A stretch of DNA of 64,000 bases from Negaprion brevirostris (Eukaryota): the NCBI GenBank assembly GCA_030324005.1, contig JARDVH010000163.1:47017624-47081623 (forward strand), given 5' to 3'. Below, one piece after another: positions 11,331-23,600 of the stretch. The notes beneath the pieces are model-generated. The model was not told the DNA's origin, searched no databases, and worked only from the letters and a program-made list of their open reading frames with translations. Each line of letters starts with the position of its first letter. Position 1 is the stretch's first letter. The translations under genes were made by a program, and so were the position numbers.

Positions 11331-13967
11331 AGTTCCATAAACGAAAATGACAAGTCAGAAAAACCTCCAGAGGCCAACGTGAATCTTAATTTCATCCNNN
11401 NNNNNNNTCATCCAAGTAATGGACTTAGGCTTTCATCTACGTCCCATTAATAGGCCTGTGAAGGTAGAAGTAGCGGGTGTAATTCTGCCAAGCCTCTGAC
11501 GACAGATTCAATGGTGGACATAGCGGGGGGAAAATATGGCAGGATGCCCAGAAATGTGTTTCACACCAGTGTGAATTTACAGCGGGATCTTCCAATGGAA
11601 CCCACCGCGGCAGGTCAGAACACCTTCCAGAGGCCAGCGTGAACCTTAATTGCATCCAATTAAAGTGATGTGTATGAAGGCCAAACCCCTCCCCATACTG
11701 CACTTTCCGTGATGTTGGCAGAAAAACATGCCAGTGTGAAATGTATTTGGTGCAACAAGGCACCCATATGTCACCTGAACAAGGCCTGAGGCTGCCTGCA
11801 GATTTCAGGATGGAGACTTTCTGCAACCCTGGACTCTAAATGCCAGGAGTGCATCTGCTGGTGGACCCTCTAGATTTGGTGTTCTGGAAGGTTCTGTCTT
11901 CTAGCCTCAGAATATTCCTGTCAATCTACCGTTGTTCTCAGGAGTGGTCCTTGAGATCCAACTTCATTTCCAGGAGGTCCACCTTCTTTCTTCAATCGTG
12001 GGTCAGTGATGATGAGCACCTTTTTCAAAATGGTGGAGGACCACGTGCTATTGAGGCCTTCCCCGCCACTGAATATAGCATGATACACTTAGGTGTGTAA
12101 TTAATGAGGTCAGGACCAGATGATTTGCCATATTTTTCTCCCAACCACCACAGTGGGAAACATGTAATATTCCCACCCCTGCCACAGCACTTACTCTTAA
12201 CTCTGGGTCAGATTCACCCATTTTAACAGCCTAGAATTATATCATGTTGGACTGACCTGAGAACTCTTAAAAATGGTGGGCGGAACTCAGTTCTGGAATT
12301 CACACCGCCGTTCTAATTTCTGACATTTTTCATCAGTGCAGGATAGTGATGGAGATAACATGCCCACATGCAGCACTCCCACCTCCAAAGAGTCATGAAC
12401 CACAGGGGAGCCCAATTGCTTAACGGGGAACCAAAAAAAAATTGCTCTTGGAGTTCTTTAATTGTCAGACTTTGAAATGCAAAAAAACTGTTCTTTCAGT
12501 TTCAATAGTTAGATGCTGTATTTTAACATTGATACAATTTTACTGCAATTTTTTGTTACGCTGGGCCCTGTCCTGAAAAGAAATCTGTTGACTATTACGT
12601 TGATCTTATTGTGAGAGTGTTGATTCAAGCTTTCATGTATTTTTTCATTGGAAATTGTTGTTATGCATTCAAGATGAAAGAAAATGGGACTTAGAAACTG
12701 CTGTGATCTAAAGTGATTTAAATATCAACAGCCCTTTAAATTTGGAGAAAAAAAGACCTTTGCAGCTGTGACTGAGGAGAAAAAAACAGGGTCCTGCTTC
12801 TGAACTGCTTTAATTAACAGAGCACCTGGTGTAGCTTATAAAACACTGGGTTATCTATTTATTGAGTAGTAGGCTCTATTGCTTGCATTTCCAAGACATT
12901 GTTTTGGCAGCTAGTATCATTATGAATACTTGGGTGAGTTTCAAAAGCAACAACCCATTTATCTCAATGCAAGGAGAGGTTGAATTCATAACTTAACAGT
13001 TTTAAGAGGCCATTAGAAGATTAACTGTTTTAATGGGTTTCTGAATAGATGCTTGATTATTTTACAACTGAATGGCCACTTACGCGGTTTATGTTTTCAT
13101 TGAGTCAGATTTTCCATAATATGAATGACTATGTTTTTCAGTGACATCTCTATTAGATTGTTATAGGTGTATTTCTTAAATCCATTTTGAAGGATTCCCA
13201 TTGCTCTTATATGACTCATTTGCACAGTGGATACTGGGTGACTGGTATAGATGATATATGGGAGTGATAGAGGAGGCATGGGGGTTATGAAGAGGATTAG
13301 GTGTATGAGAGGGCATGTGGCAGTTTGAGGGCTTGACATTCATCGCTACAATTGGGCCAATGTCCCAGTAAATGGAAGCAAGTATTCTAGCTTGCCAGCC
13401 TCACCATTCATCCACTTTTGTTGCCACTTCAAGAGGTGGCTGGCCCTAAATCAATCCTTCCCCTGTCTCCCCGAATTGAAAATATGTCAGATGATGGTCT
13501 GATTTTGAAGAAAATGGGCTACCAAGTTGGGAAGTTTCCTGATTTGACCACCTCACCTCCCCTGTGAAGTTCCTGCCCAACGTTTCAAGTCAATTACCCT
13601 TCCTTAGGACTATTTGTGGTTTCTGGTCTGCCCTCAATTTTCTCTCAAGTTCAGCATCCCTTGGGTGGGCTCCACCTCCTTTGCAATCTGGAGTTTACTT
13701 TTGCTAACATTTATTGTGCAATNNNNNNNNNNTGCAATAGTACAATTTGCATCAAAGTAATGAAACCTTTTGAGTGCTGGGTACTCTAATCCAACACATA
13801 TCTCCCTGTATGTTTCTCCTAACTATTGGAAGGTAGAAAAATGACCACTCTACCTGATGAGACCATTATAAATCAACTAACTGATTTATTTTACCTGTGA
13901 CAGATGTACAGACAGAACACAGTTTTCATTGAAATTTACCCTGATTGCTGCATCAGAATAAGGGAAT

Positions 13968-14125
13968 AAAATGTATTTGTACAGCACCTTTCATGTCCCA
14001 TATACCCCAAGATGACTTTTGTGGTACAATCAGTGTCATAATGTAGGAAATTTGGCAGCCAATCACACAGAGCAAGTTACCACGAACAACTGTTTTATTG
14101 AATAAAAGCACAGATCATCTGTAAA
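13968..14125 (-). mobile_element. Deu-domain SINE / L2-type tail fragment
   Basis: tgtatttgtacagcacctttca...aatgtaggaaatttggcagccaat...agcaag is the reverse of the SacSINE1/AmnSINE-like 3' region. Confidence 0.55.
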
Positions 14126-14149
14126 ACGGTACCATGCAAAATTAGCCTG

Positions 14150-15215
14150 GGGTAGACATGACCTTTTATTTGGATCCTGGACTGGCTGAGTGGCAGCTAA
14201 CAGAGTGTGATGGCCAAGGGATATTTTTCTGGAAGACTGTCCAATGGAGTCCCACAGGGATCAGTGTTGGGGCTCTTGCTGCTTGTGGTTTATAATAGTG
14301 TTTTAAACTTGCATGTAGGAGGGTTGAACAGTAAGTTCTTGGATTATACGAAAATTGGTGGGGTGGTAAATAATGAGGAGGGTAACCTTAGAGTACAGGA
14401 GGACATTAATGGGCTAGTCAGATGGGCTGGTCAGTGACGAATGAATTCAATCCAGATACTTGTGAGGTGATGCATTTGAGCAGGACAAACAAAGGAATAT
14501 ACGATGAACGGCAGGAACCTGGGAAGCACCGAGGCTCAGGCAAAGTGCATGTACATGGATCCCTTAACGGAACAGGGCAGGTTGATAAAATGGTTAAGAA
14601 GGCATATGGCATACTTGCCTTTATTAGCTGAGGCATTGGGTTTGAGATTAGGGAGGTTATGCTGGAACTATATAAAATGATGATTAGGTCACAGCTAGAG
14701 TATTATGTGTATATCTGGAATCCACATTATTGGAGGGATATGATAGCTTTGGAAAGGGTGCAGAGGACATTTACCAGGATGTTACCTGGGCTAGTGAGTT
14801 TTAGTTATGAAGAGAGATTGGACAGGTTGTTTTCCTCGGAGCAGAGGAGACTGAGTGGGGATGTGATTGAGATGCATAAAATGATGAGGGGCATAGAGAA
14901 TACAGGAAGAAATGTTTCCCCTTTGTGGAGAAATCATTGAGTAGGGGGCATCGATTTAAGGTAAGGGGCAGGAGATTCAGAGGGGATATGAGGAAAAACT
15001 TTTCACCCAGAGGGTAGTGGGAATCTGGAACACTCTCTGGCTAAAAGGATGGTGAAGATCCTCATTATATTAAAGAAGTATTTTGATGTGCACTTGTGAT
15101 GCCAAGGCATACAAGGCTATGGAGAAGTGCTGGAAAATTAGATTCAAAGTTATATTTTTGACCGGCAAAGATATGATGGATCGATGGAGCTTTTCTATGT
15201 TGTCGAACTCTCTGA
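14150..15215 (+). mobile_element. CR1 LINE RT and 3'UTR fragment
   Basis: NGVPQGSVLG, SKFLDYTKIGGVV, CEVMHL and LERVQRTFTRMLPGL motifs in three frames. Confidence 0.93.
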
Positions 15216-15599
15216 CCTCCCCCTCCGTCCTCCCCCCTGCTATCTATATTGGGGATTGAACAGTTTATTTGTCAATCAAACTTGAAACCACCCTTCCCGT
15301 TGGCAGTCTTCTGGCCGTTTAAGTGAATGAGACTATTTCCGTGTTATATATGTGAAGTCACTAGAATATGTTAAAGTACATCATTATGCCTAACTACTTT
15401 GGAAACAAATTCTATCACTTTGTCTGGTCTGAGCTGCTAGCTCCTATCGTCAAAATGAATAACTTAAGCCTCAGATAACTACCTTCCCTTGACAGGCTGC
15501 ATGGTCAATAATTTTTAACCATTTGTGCACTGAATTTAACTTAATGCATTAAATAAAAATGAATAAACTCAAAATAGCCCCAAGCTCAAAATAAAACTC

Positions 15600-16172
15600 G
15601 CATTCATGACTCAATTATTCCAGTGCATTCCTGACTGGTCTTCCGCATTCTACTCACCATCAATTTGAAATCATTCATAACCCATTTGTTCTTGTCTGAA
15701 CTCTCAGCATGTTCTGGTCACTTGTCACCTCTGTGCTCATTGACTGACATTGACTTCCAGTAAAGCAATGTTTGAACTTTTAAATTCACATTCTTGCTTT
15801 CAGATGCCTCTATGGCCTTGCTCTTTCCCATCTCTGCAATCATCTCCAAACCCAAAACCACCTAAGATATTTGCACTTCTCTAATTTTGACCTTTTGTGC
15901 ATTCTCAATTATAATTGTCCCAACATTAGTTATACTTTCAGTTGCTGAGACCCCTAGCTTTGGAATACCCTCCCAGAACCCTTTGCCTCTCTGCCTTCTT
16001 TTACTCCTTTAAGATACTCATTAAAATTTACTTCTTTCACCAAACTTTTGGTCATCTGACCAACTATCTTTCTATGTGGCCTGGTGTTGTACTTTATTTT
16101 GTAATGTTCCAGTGAAGCAGCTTGGGAGATTTCATCATGTTAAAGTCTCCACATAAAAATAAGTTGTTGTTT
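15600..16172 (+). mobile_element. L2 LINE 3' end
   Basis: Degenerate YSSAFLTGLPHST...VTSVL...LPVKQ...FKxHILxF region; tail gtgaagcagcttgggagatttcatcatgttaaag...ataagttgttgtt. Confidence 0.75.
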
Positions 16173-17741
16173 TATCATATTTAAAGAAAGGGAAAGCAAA
16201 AATAAATAGATGGGAGATATTGCTGGAATAATTGCTCAACAGCATAGAGGAATGATCTCAGTCAATCAATAAAAAGAAGCATCAAAGAAATTCGAAGCAT
16301 TAGCTAAAGAGTTGTGGGAATCGCTGATCTAAGAAACAGGCATATCCAATGAAAATTGAAAAATTGTATGTCAGATCTGAGATCAAAACATGAGATGATA
16401 AAATGATGTATGCTGTATTTTTATTTTTAAGCCCTGATCAAACGCCCCTCGATAGAAAGATGATGCTTCTTTAAATGCTGCCTGAAAAAAATCCCTTATA
16501 TGTAATGCTTAGGATAGAAAAAAACAGCAGGCCTAGCAAAGGAAAAAATTGATAGACATATTAAATATTTTACTGATTGGAGGTGTTTAATTATAAATTT
16601 GAAACCTGTCTTTTTCACCAAATGGGAGTGTCAGTTTTGTGCCTGTATTCCAGGTGGATTCTTCTTGTATAAACCACTAAAAAAACAAACAAGGTTTGTT
16701 TCTGGTAAGATAAACACCTAAACAAGCCTGAAAGTTCTGCGAATAGGTAGCAAATGATGCAAGTAGGTAGATCTTCTAAGGAACATATTGGTCTTTGGCT
16801 TCTGAAATTATGGGACTGTTTATGGAATGTAATTGATCAAAGTTATATCACATAGAATACAAAATTAAACATGAATTCTCAAGCTTAGTTTCAATTGCTT
16901 TGTAGGGACAGAAAGAATCTTCTGAAAACTTTTCCACAGGAGAGCGTGTCTGGAGTCCATAACCAAATGATTGTTTCTGATTTTTGGCAGAAATCTGCCA
17001 GATGGACTTTGTTCATCTTGAGTGTCGTATGCTTAAATTGTTTAAGCAGGAACCATCCAATATTTAACAACTGGCTTGTCTGTTCAATTGGGACATTTAA
17101 TTACATAAATGCTGCAAGATACATTCGGTTTAGTTACCTTGCTCTGATTAATTGTGATGTTCAATTGTAAATATATTGGTCCATTAGTGCTGGATTCAAA
17201 CTGAGAATTTGGTCTCCTTGGTATTTTACACAATCCTCCACTGAACAAGGGCAGGTGCCAAGTATTATCCCATTTCAGTGCATAGTTTAGGCATATAACA
17301 TGAGACCAGAAAGAATTCATGTTATTTACCTGAACTAGATTCTCATCTGTTGGCATTGGGAACAGTTTATAGCGCTAGAAGATGTGTGGGCATGCAACTG
17401 AATTAATTCACATCATTTACAGCAGAGGTTTAAATTGCGAACAGTAAATGTTTTGAAGAATCTATTTTTATAGCTTTGTTGTAAATGTGGCAAGAATGTT
17501 TGACATTATAGTTTGAAAATTAAGTTAAAATTGTACTTGGAGTGTTGGATTTATTCTTGCAAACAACTGTGATGTGTACTTCAAAACAGTGAAGATATTG
17601 AAATGGTCAAAATGTAATAATTTAAAGATTTTGTTAACAAGTAAAATGGTTCCAATATTTTACAACTTAATTTTCAAAGGTTTGAGAATTAAGAAGATAA
17701 TTTTAAGACATTCTCAATGATAAATATTTTTTAATTTTCAG

Positions 17742-17810
17742 CAAAAGCAGATGAAGTATTAAAGGCCAAGGAGAGGAAAGAGGAGGATGCCAAAAAGAAA
17801 AGAGAGCAAG
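17742..17810 (+). CDS. RSRC1: Internal coding exon (69 nt, phase 1-1) of arginine/serine-rich coiled-coil protein 1
   Basis: Acceptor ttttttaattttcag ending at 17741 and donor CAAG|gtaaca at 17811. Translation xCA-KADEVLKAKERKEEDAKKKREQ-G aligns without gaps to my recollection of human RSRC1 [24 protein letters not shown]. Purine-rich and ESE-like. Neighbouring exons were not found in the window. Confidence 0.9.
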
Positions 17811-18699
17811 GTAACAGATCAGTTTTAGTGAAATAATACTGAATGTTTTGGAATGCTATGAAGTGAATTGTGGAAAATAGATGACTGCTCATTTACTCTA
17901 ACTTGCTGATATAAAGTTTGCTTGTGAGTGGTAAAAACCTGAATATTTCTAGAGTTTTTTTTTGGTGGTTCATTTGTATCATTGTGGGAATGTTATTTTA
18001 AAAAAAATTCTCCATGATGCATTTTTGAATTTCAATAGACTGCATTTAAAGTGTTATGTTTGCAACACCTCACTTGGCTCAATTATATATTTTCTTGGGG
18101 AAAAACAAAAAAAAACTTTATATATGAAATGTTTCTGCCATTGACTTTGAAACCACTTTGCCGCTAACCAGTTTTAGGAGCACAGCTGATGTTAAATGCT
18201 AGGGTGTTCCAAATTCCAGAAGAGAAATTTGGAATGCTTCCTCTCTACTGTGTTTTGCAATTTAGCATAGTGTGAAGAAAGATGTGAAGACCGATGAAGG
18301 TTGCCCCAGATGTTTTTGTGATGATAAACAAAATAAATGTTTATCAAACAGTATAAACTAATTAATGGCTATGCGTTGTATTTTTAAATTTACCGAGTTC
18401 CAAATCCCTCTATTTTCTGACCTCATAGCTAAACCTCCCTAAACAGCAACTCATAGGTTTTTAACTATAAGCAAACAACAGTTTTGCGGTTGCTTCTGAC
18501 TTAGGATGGAGACAACTAATTTCTCAAATGGTGAAGTTTGGTGGGATTTGTTTTTATTCCAATTCAATCAAATCAAATCCAATTCAGAGTCTCAACAAGT
18601 TGAGAAGACAGGGCTCTCACCTCCTGTCTTGGGTTTGATCTACATAATCCAAGCTGATTGTAGTAGGCATAGCTCCTCCTCCAAGGCTTGATCTCATTG

Positions 18700-18724
18700 G
18701 ATTTTAGCCGAAAAGCCGAGATGC
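18700..18724 (-). pseudogene. U2 snRNA 5'-end fragment (~nt 4-28), diverged
   Basis: gattttagccgaaaagccgagatgc vs reverse complement of U2 gatcttagccaaaaggccgagaagc: 21/25 identical by hand count. Confidence 0.6.
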
Positions 18725-18792
18725 CGCTTTTAAAAATTGCTTTAAATGAAGTTGAAATGTAACCTAATGACTTCACCAAGCACAGCATATCA

Positions 18793-18829
18793 ATACTACC
18801 ACTTGATCTTAGCCAAAAGGCACAAAAGC
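18793..18829 (-). pseudogene. U2 snRNA 5'-end fragment (~nt 4-39)
   Basis: atactac-c-acttgatcttagccaaaaggc is the reverse complement of U2 nt 12-39 with one inserted base; the continuation acaaaagc is diverged. Confidence 0.85.
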
Positions 18830-19197
18830 ACACAGCTTCCTGCTTGGGTTTGGTTTCAAACCAGCTCCTTTTCATAGGGTGAACTTGCTTTTGATATCCT
18901 GCTCTTCCTTCTGATATTCCATTATCTGAACTTGTCTTCTCAGAAATCACTCCTAATTATCTTTATTACATTGGTTTACCTTTTAGAAAGCAAGTGTGAA
19001 ATTCACCTCCATATTCTCTTTTGAACTTTTACTATCCTTTAACTTTTGATTTTCTATTCTCCATTGTTACCAATTTGCTTTAGAAAAACATTTGTTTATA
19101 GTGTTGTTAGACTAATCAGCATGTCAAAAACCAAAGCTCCATCAACCCAGCCAACCTGGCTTTCCACAGTTTCTGTTTTAAAATAACAACTTCTTCT

Positions 19198-19350
19198 TTC
19201 AAACAAATCTGGTTATTGTTACTTTTTCTTTGGGTGACTCTTGTATGAGCAGATTGGTTACTGCACTTTCCAAAAATTACTTCAAAAGTATTTTATTGAC
19301 TGTAAAACACTTCAGACATCTGATAGCAATGGAAGGTGTAGTAAACTTAA
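19198..19350 (+). mobile_element. Deu-domain SINE 3' fragment
   Basis: atctggttattgttac...gattggttactgcactttcc...acttcaaaagtattttattgactgtaaaacactt. Confidence 0.55.
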
Positions 19351-19744
19351 TTTATATATTTTTTTCCCTTACTCCTTTCTGATGGCCGGCTTATTGTAGA
19401 GAAAAAATTATCATAGATGTCCCATGTAGAAAAGACCCAGACCTAGAAATTAAATCAGACCTGATGGTGAGAAGGAAATGGAAGGAAAAATCTGTGCATA
19501 GTAACAAAATTATTGTTTGAGGAGAGTTTAATTACCTGTTCCAACTGGCATGTAGAGAAAGTAAACAGACTTATATTCCTCAAATTGATCTATCTGCTTA
19601 TGGTATTTTGCGTCCACATCATGATTTACACTCAAGGCGGAAGTGGGCGCAGAATTATCCCCAATTTTTTTTTTAAGAATACTGGCCCTTCATGCAAGGC
19701 CCACTAAGGAAGACAACTTCGGGATCAGGAATACTACTTGCTGC

Positions 19745-20125
19745 CCTGGGCAGATGAATGCCCAATTTGCAGGTGGGCTGGATGAGATCAGCAGGGGTAT
19801 GTGCAGGGTGGATGGGAAGCAGCTGTTCCACTTAGTTGAAGGGGACATAATTTTAAGGTGAGGGGCAGGAGGTGTGGAAGGGATTTGAGGAAACACTTTT
19901 CTGACAAGAGTGCGGTGGGAGTCTGGAATGCATTATTTGGAGGGAGACAGAAGCCAGAAAACTCACACCCTTTAAAAAAGTATTTGGATGAGCTTTTGAA
20001 ATATCATCACATTCAAAGCTATGGACTAAGTACTGGAAAGTGGGATTAGTGTAGATTTAATGTAGTTTTGTTGGTGCAGGCTTGATGGGCCGATGGGACT
20101 CTTCTGCACCATGTGGCTCTTTGAC
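19745..20125 (+). mobile_element. CR1 LINE 3' fragment
   Basis: RVDGKQLFHLVEG; GRDLRKHFSDKSAVGVWNAL; tail gatgggccgatgggactcttctgc. Confidence 0.85.
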
Positions 20126-20240
20126 CAGCTCTGCTTAGACTTGTCTCAAGGTTCAATCACACGATACCCAATCATGTAAAACTGGAGCACGTAACAGTCA
20201 ATTGCCGGGGTTTGCAAATGTTATGACACTTAGCTTATAA

Positions 20241-20515
20241 AGCGGCACAATGGCACAGTGATTAACACTGCTGTCTCACAGAGCCAGGGACCCAGGTTCG
20301 ATTCCAGGCTTGGGTAACTCCGTGTCTGCAATGGTTTCCTCCGGGTGCTCTGGTTTCCTACCACAGTCCAAAGATGTATCGGTTAAGTGGACTGACCATG
20401 CTAAATTCTCCCTCAGTATATCTGAATGAGCACTGGAGTGTGGCAACTGGGGGATTTTCACAGTAACTTCAGTGCAGTGTTAATGTAAGCCTACTTGTGA
20501 CAATAATAAAATTTA
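20241..20515 (+). mobile_element. V-SINE (HE1-like head and V domain) with a non-HE1 tail
   Basis: gcggcacaatggcacagtgattaacactgctg...ggttcgattcc head; ggtttcctccgggtgctctggtttcctaccacagtccaaagatg V core; tail gtaagcctacttgtgacaataataaa. Confidence 0.88.
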
Positions 20516-21199
20516 AAAAACTAGAGGTTGATTCCCGGTAGTTTAAAAGTTTCTTTTATCTTAAGTGGTACCAACATTGGTTTTGTGGTGCTTCCGGTTG
20601 CTTTTTGACAAAATCATGCACAAGACACCTTGTAGTTTGGCAGCACCTGTGATTCTGCTTTCACAAAACTTCCACTCAACAAAATCCTTCCTTTGTCCCA
20701 AAGCTAAGTCATTAAACAGAAAACAATTCACAGTATGTATTTACAACTAGAATTGGAAATGTAAAAATGCAAGATTAAAAATATGAATGTTTTTGTTGTA
20801 TTCATTTGAAAATTGCCACCCATTATTGATCAATTTTTGCTCCTTTGAAATTATTTTTCATCTTAGTTGCCCTAAGATGCAATATTTATCATACAGCTTG
20901 TCAAAATCAATCTCAATGCAAAGACCTTTGGCTCAACTTCTCCATATCAGACCATTTCACTTGCTTTAAGAGGACTGACATTTGTTTGAAAACAGATGTC
21001 TTGAAATCATATGATTTCTCAAGGAATGTAATATACCTAGACAGCCCCATATTCCTCCTCAAATGTAAATCTCATCGATAAATGTAAGTAGTCTGAACTG
21101 ATCGTCCAGAGAACTTGCCCTCTTTGGAAATCTGTGGTTTGGAATAAATTCCATGATGGAGTCTAGATATATTTCAAATGAGGTATGAAATGCCTCTGA

Positions 21200-21400
21200 A
21201 TAGAAAGGATCCCATGGCACTATTGGAAGCAGATCAAGGGAATTCTGCTGGTATAGTGACCAATATTTATCTTTCAGTTACCTTGACTAAAATATCTCGT
21301 CATTTTCTAATTATTGTTAATGTGAGATTGTATGCAAATTGGTTCCAGTGTTTCCCGATATTAGACAAGTGTCTACTACAAAAGATCCTTTAATAAATGC
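21200..21400 (+). mobile_element. Deu-domain SINE (SacSINE1/AmnSINE-like)
   Basis: gatcccatggcactattggaagcagatcaagggaattct...gaccaatatttatctttca...gcaaattggttccagtgtttcc matches the remembered Deu consensus. Confidence 0.7.
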
Positions 21401-21503
21401 AAAATTACTATGTATGGTGGAAATCTGAAATAAGAACAGAAAATGCTGGGAGAACTCTGCAGGTCTGGCAGCATCTGTGGAGAGAGAAACTGAGTTAATG
21501 TTT
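21398..21503 (-). mobile_element. Penelope-type terminal repeat, single arm
   Basis: ggaaatctgaaataagaacagaaaatgctggg...gcaggtctggcagcatctgtggagagagaaactgagttaatgtt. Confidence 0.7.
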
Positions 21504-22474
21504 ACACATAAAGTAGCTCATCGCACAATATGGGGTGTGGTTGGATGCTGAAATCAGCAGCTCACCTCGTCATATTTAAATGCATGCAATCAAGGGCCAA
21601 CTGACTTGTTATCAAGCCTAATGTTTGGTGTGGACAGCTGGGTGGGAGTGGGCAGCCTGATTTTTTTTGACTTAACTGTTTAATGAGTAGGAAGAAGGAG
21701 AGGGAGAGGATTCCTCTTTTAGGGTTGCCATTTGCCGATTGTGAGGTGCCCTCCCACCCCTCCTTCGTGGCCCCTCTGTCCCTTAAATCCACTCCCCCTC
21801 CCTCTCCCTAACTTACACAAATCCTCTTNNNNNNNNNNNNNNNNNNNNNNNNNNNNNNNNNNNNNNNNNNNNNNNNNNNNNNNNNNNNNNNNNNNNNNNN
21901 NNNNNNNNNNNNNNNNNNNNNNNNNNNNCTACCTTCTCCATGGATCTATGGGCCTTGGTCTCTTCTTCTGCAGCCTGGGCAGCAGTCACTGACGCCTTCT
22001 TTGGCTCCATTAACATTCAAAGTGTTACCAGTGAGGGGCAGAAGTCCCACTTTGCTGTATGGCTGCAGAGTGAGTCAAACTGGAGCTTATTGGCTCCACA
22101 CTGATGTTGTTTCCAGAGAGTAAACACAGTTGGCACTCTTCCCCCATATTAATTCACTTACTGTTTAAATGCAAGTTCTTTTTAGCTTTTTTTGAGTGTT
22201 TTGTAAAAATGTATCATCAGGTTATGTATGGAGTTAATGTAACAAGGAGGAAAAGAGTCCTAACTATCATCACTGAATGTTTCCCATACAATTGTTACAC
22301 ACACTTTGTCCTCCTCCTAAATGAAATACACCTTTAAAACAGTACCACAGGCTGAAGGACTAGCCACCACATTGGCACAAAATGAACAAGTCCCTGGAAT
22401 GGAGAGATTCTGCCTTTTGACTGGAGACAGAAACGCTTCCACAATAATACAGTCCATGTCAAAACTGAAAGCTT

Positions 22475-23600
22475 TGCTTTATTCTTACAAGGGATGTGAG
22501 CATTGCTGTGAAGGCTAGCATTTGTTGCTCATGACTAATTTCCCTTGAGAAGGTGGTTCCTTCATTTGGTATAGTTACACCTACAGTGCTGTTAAAAAGG
22601 CTGTTCCAGTATTTTGACCTAACAAGAGTGAAGAAGCGGTGATATATTCCAAATCAGTGATATGTTGCTTGGAGGGACACCAGAAGGTGGTGCTGTTCCC
22701 ATATGCCTGCCGCTCTAATCCTTCTGGGTGGTAGGGATCGTGGGTTTGGAAGGTTCTATCGAAGGAGCCTTGGTGAGTTGCTGTGGTGCACCTTGTAAAT
22801 GATACACACTGCTGCCACTCTGCATCAATAGTGGGGGAGGTGAATGTTTATGGTGGTGGATGGGGTGCCAGTCAAGCAGGCTGCTTTGCCGTGGGTTGTG
22901 TTGAGCTTCTTGATCAGTGCCATACTTATCGAAGAAAGTGAAGAGTAGTTCATCATGCTCCTGAGTTGTGCCTTGTAGATGATGAAGAGACTTTGGGGAA
23001 TCTTGAGGTGAGTTAGTCGAAACAGAATTCCCAATCCCTGACTTGCTCTTGTTGCTAGAGTATTTGTATGATGCTTCAGTTGAGTTTCTGGTCAGTGGTG
23101 ACCTCCAGGACATCGATGGTGGGAAATTCAACATTGGTAGTGCCATTGAATGTCATGGGGAGATTGTTAGATTCTCTCCTGATGGTCATTGCCTGATACT
23201 TATGTCGTGTGAATAAGACTTGCCATCTATCAGCCAAGGGCTGAATAAAGTCTAGGTCTATCACATAGGATACAAGTTGCTTCAGCAACTGAACAGTTGT
23301 GAGTGATAGTGAACACTGCAGTTGTTATTGAATATCCCTACTTGTGATGGAAGAAGGTCATTAGTGGAACAGTTGAAACTGGTTGGGCTTACAACCCTGA
23401 GGAGCTCCTGAGGTGATGCACTGTGATTGAGATGTTTGGCCTCCAATAATCACAAGCATCATTCTTTGTGCTAATTAGGTCTCTAACTAGTGGCGAGTTT
23501 TCCTCTGATAGTTCCATTGACTTCAATTTTGGCAGGCTTGTTGATGCCAAAGCTGGTGAAACATTGCCTTGATGTCAAGAGTAGTCACTTTCACCTCACC
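22475..23600 (-). mobile_element. CR1/L2-group LINE (CR1-Zenon/Crack-like) RT C-terminus and 3' end
   Basis: PQSLFIIYKAQLRSMMNYSSL...KKLNTTHGKAACLTGTPSTT and ADRWQVLF motifs; the 3' tail matches the SINE tail at 372-750. Confidence 0.85.

Noticed and set aside
20241-20315. tRNA gene-like A/B boxes (also 390-465, 48395-48442, 57926-57985)
   Set aside because: These are SINE heads continuing into SINE bodies; no full cloverleaf.
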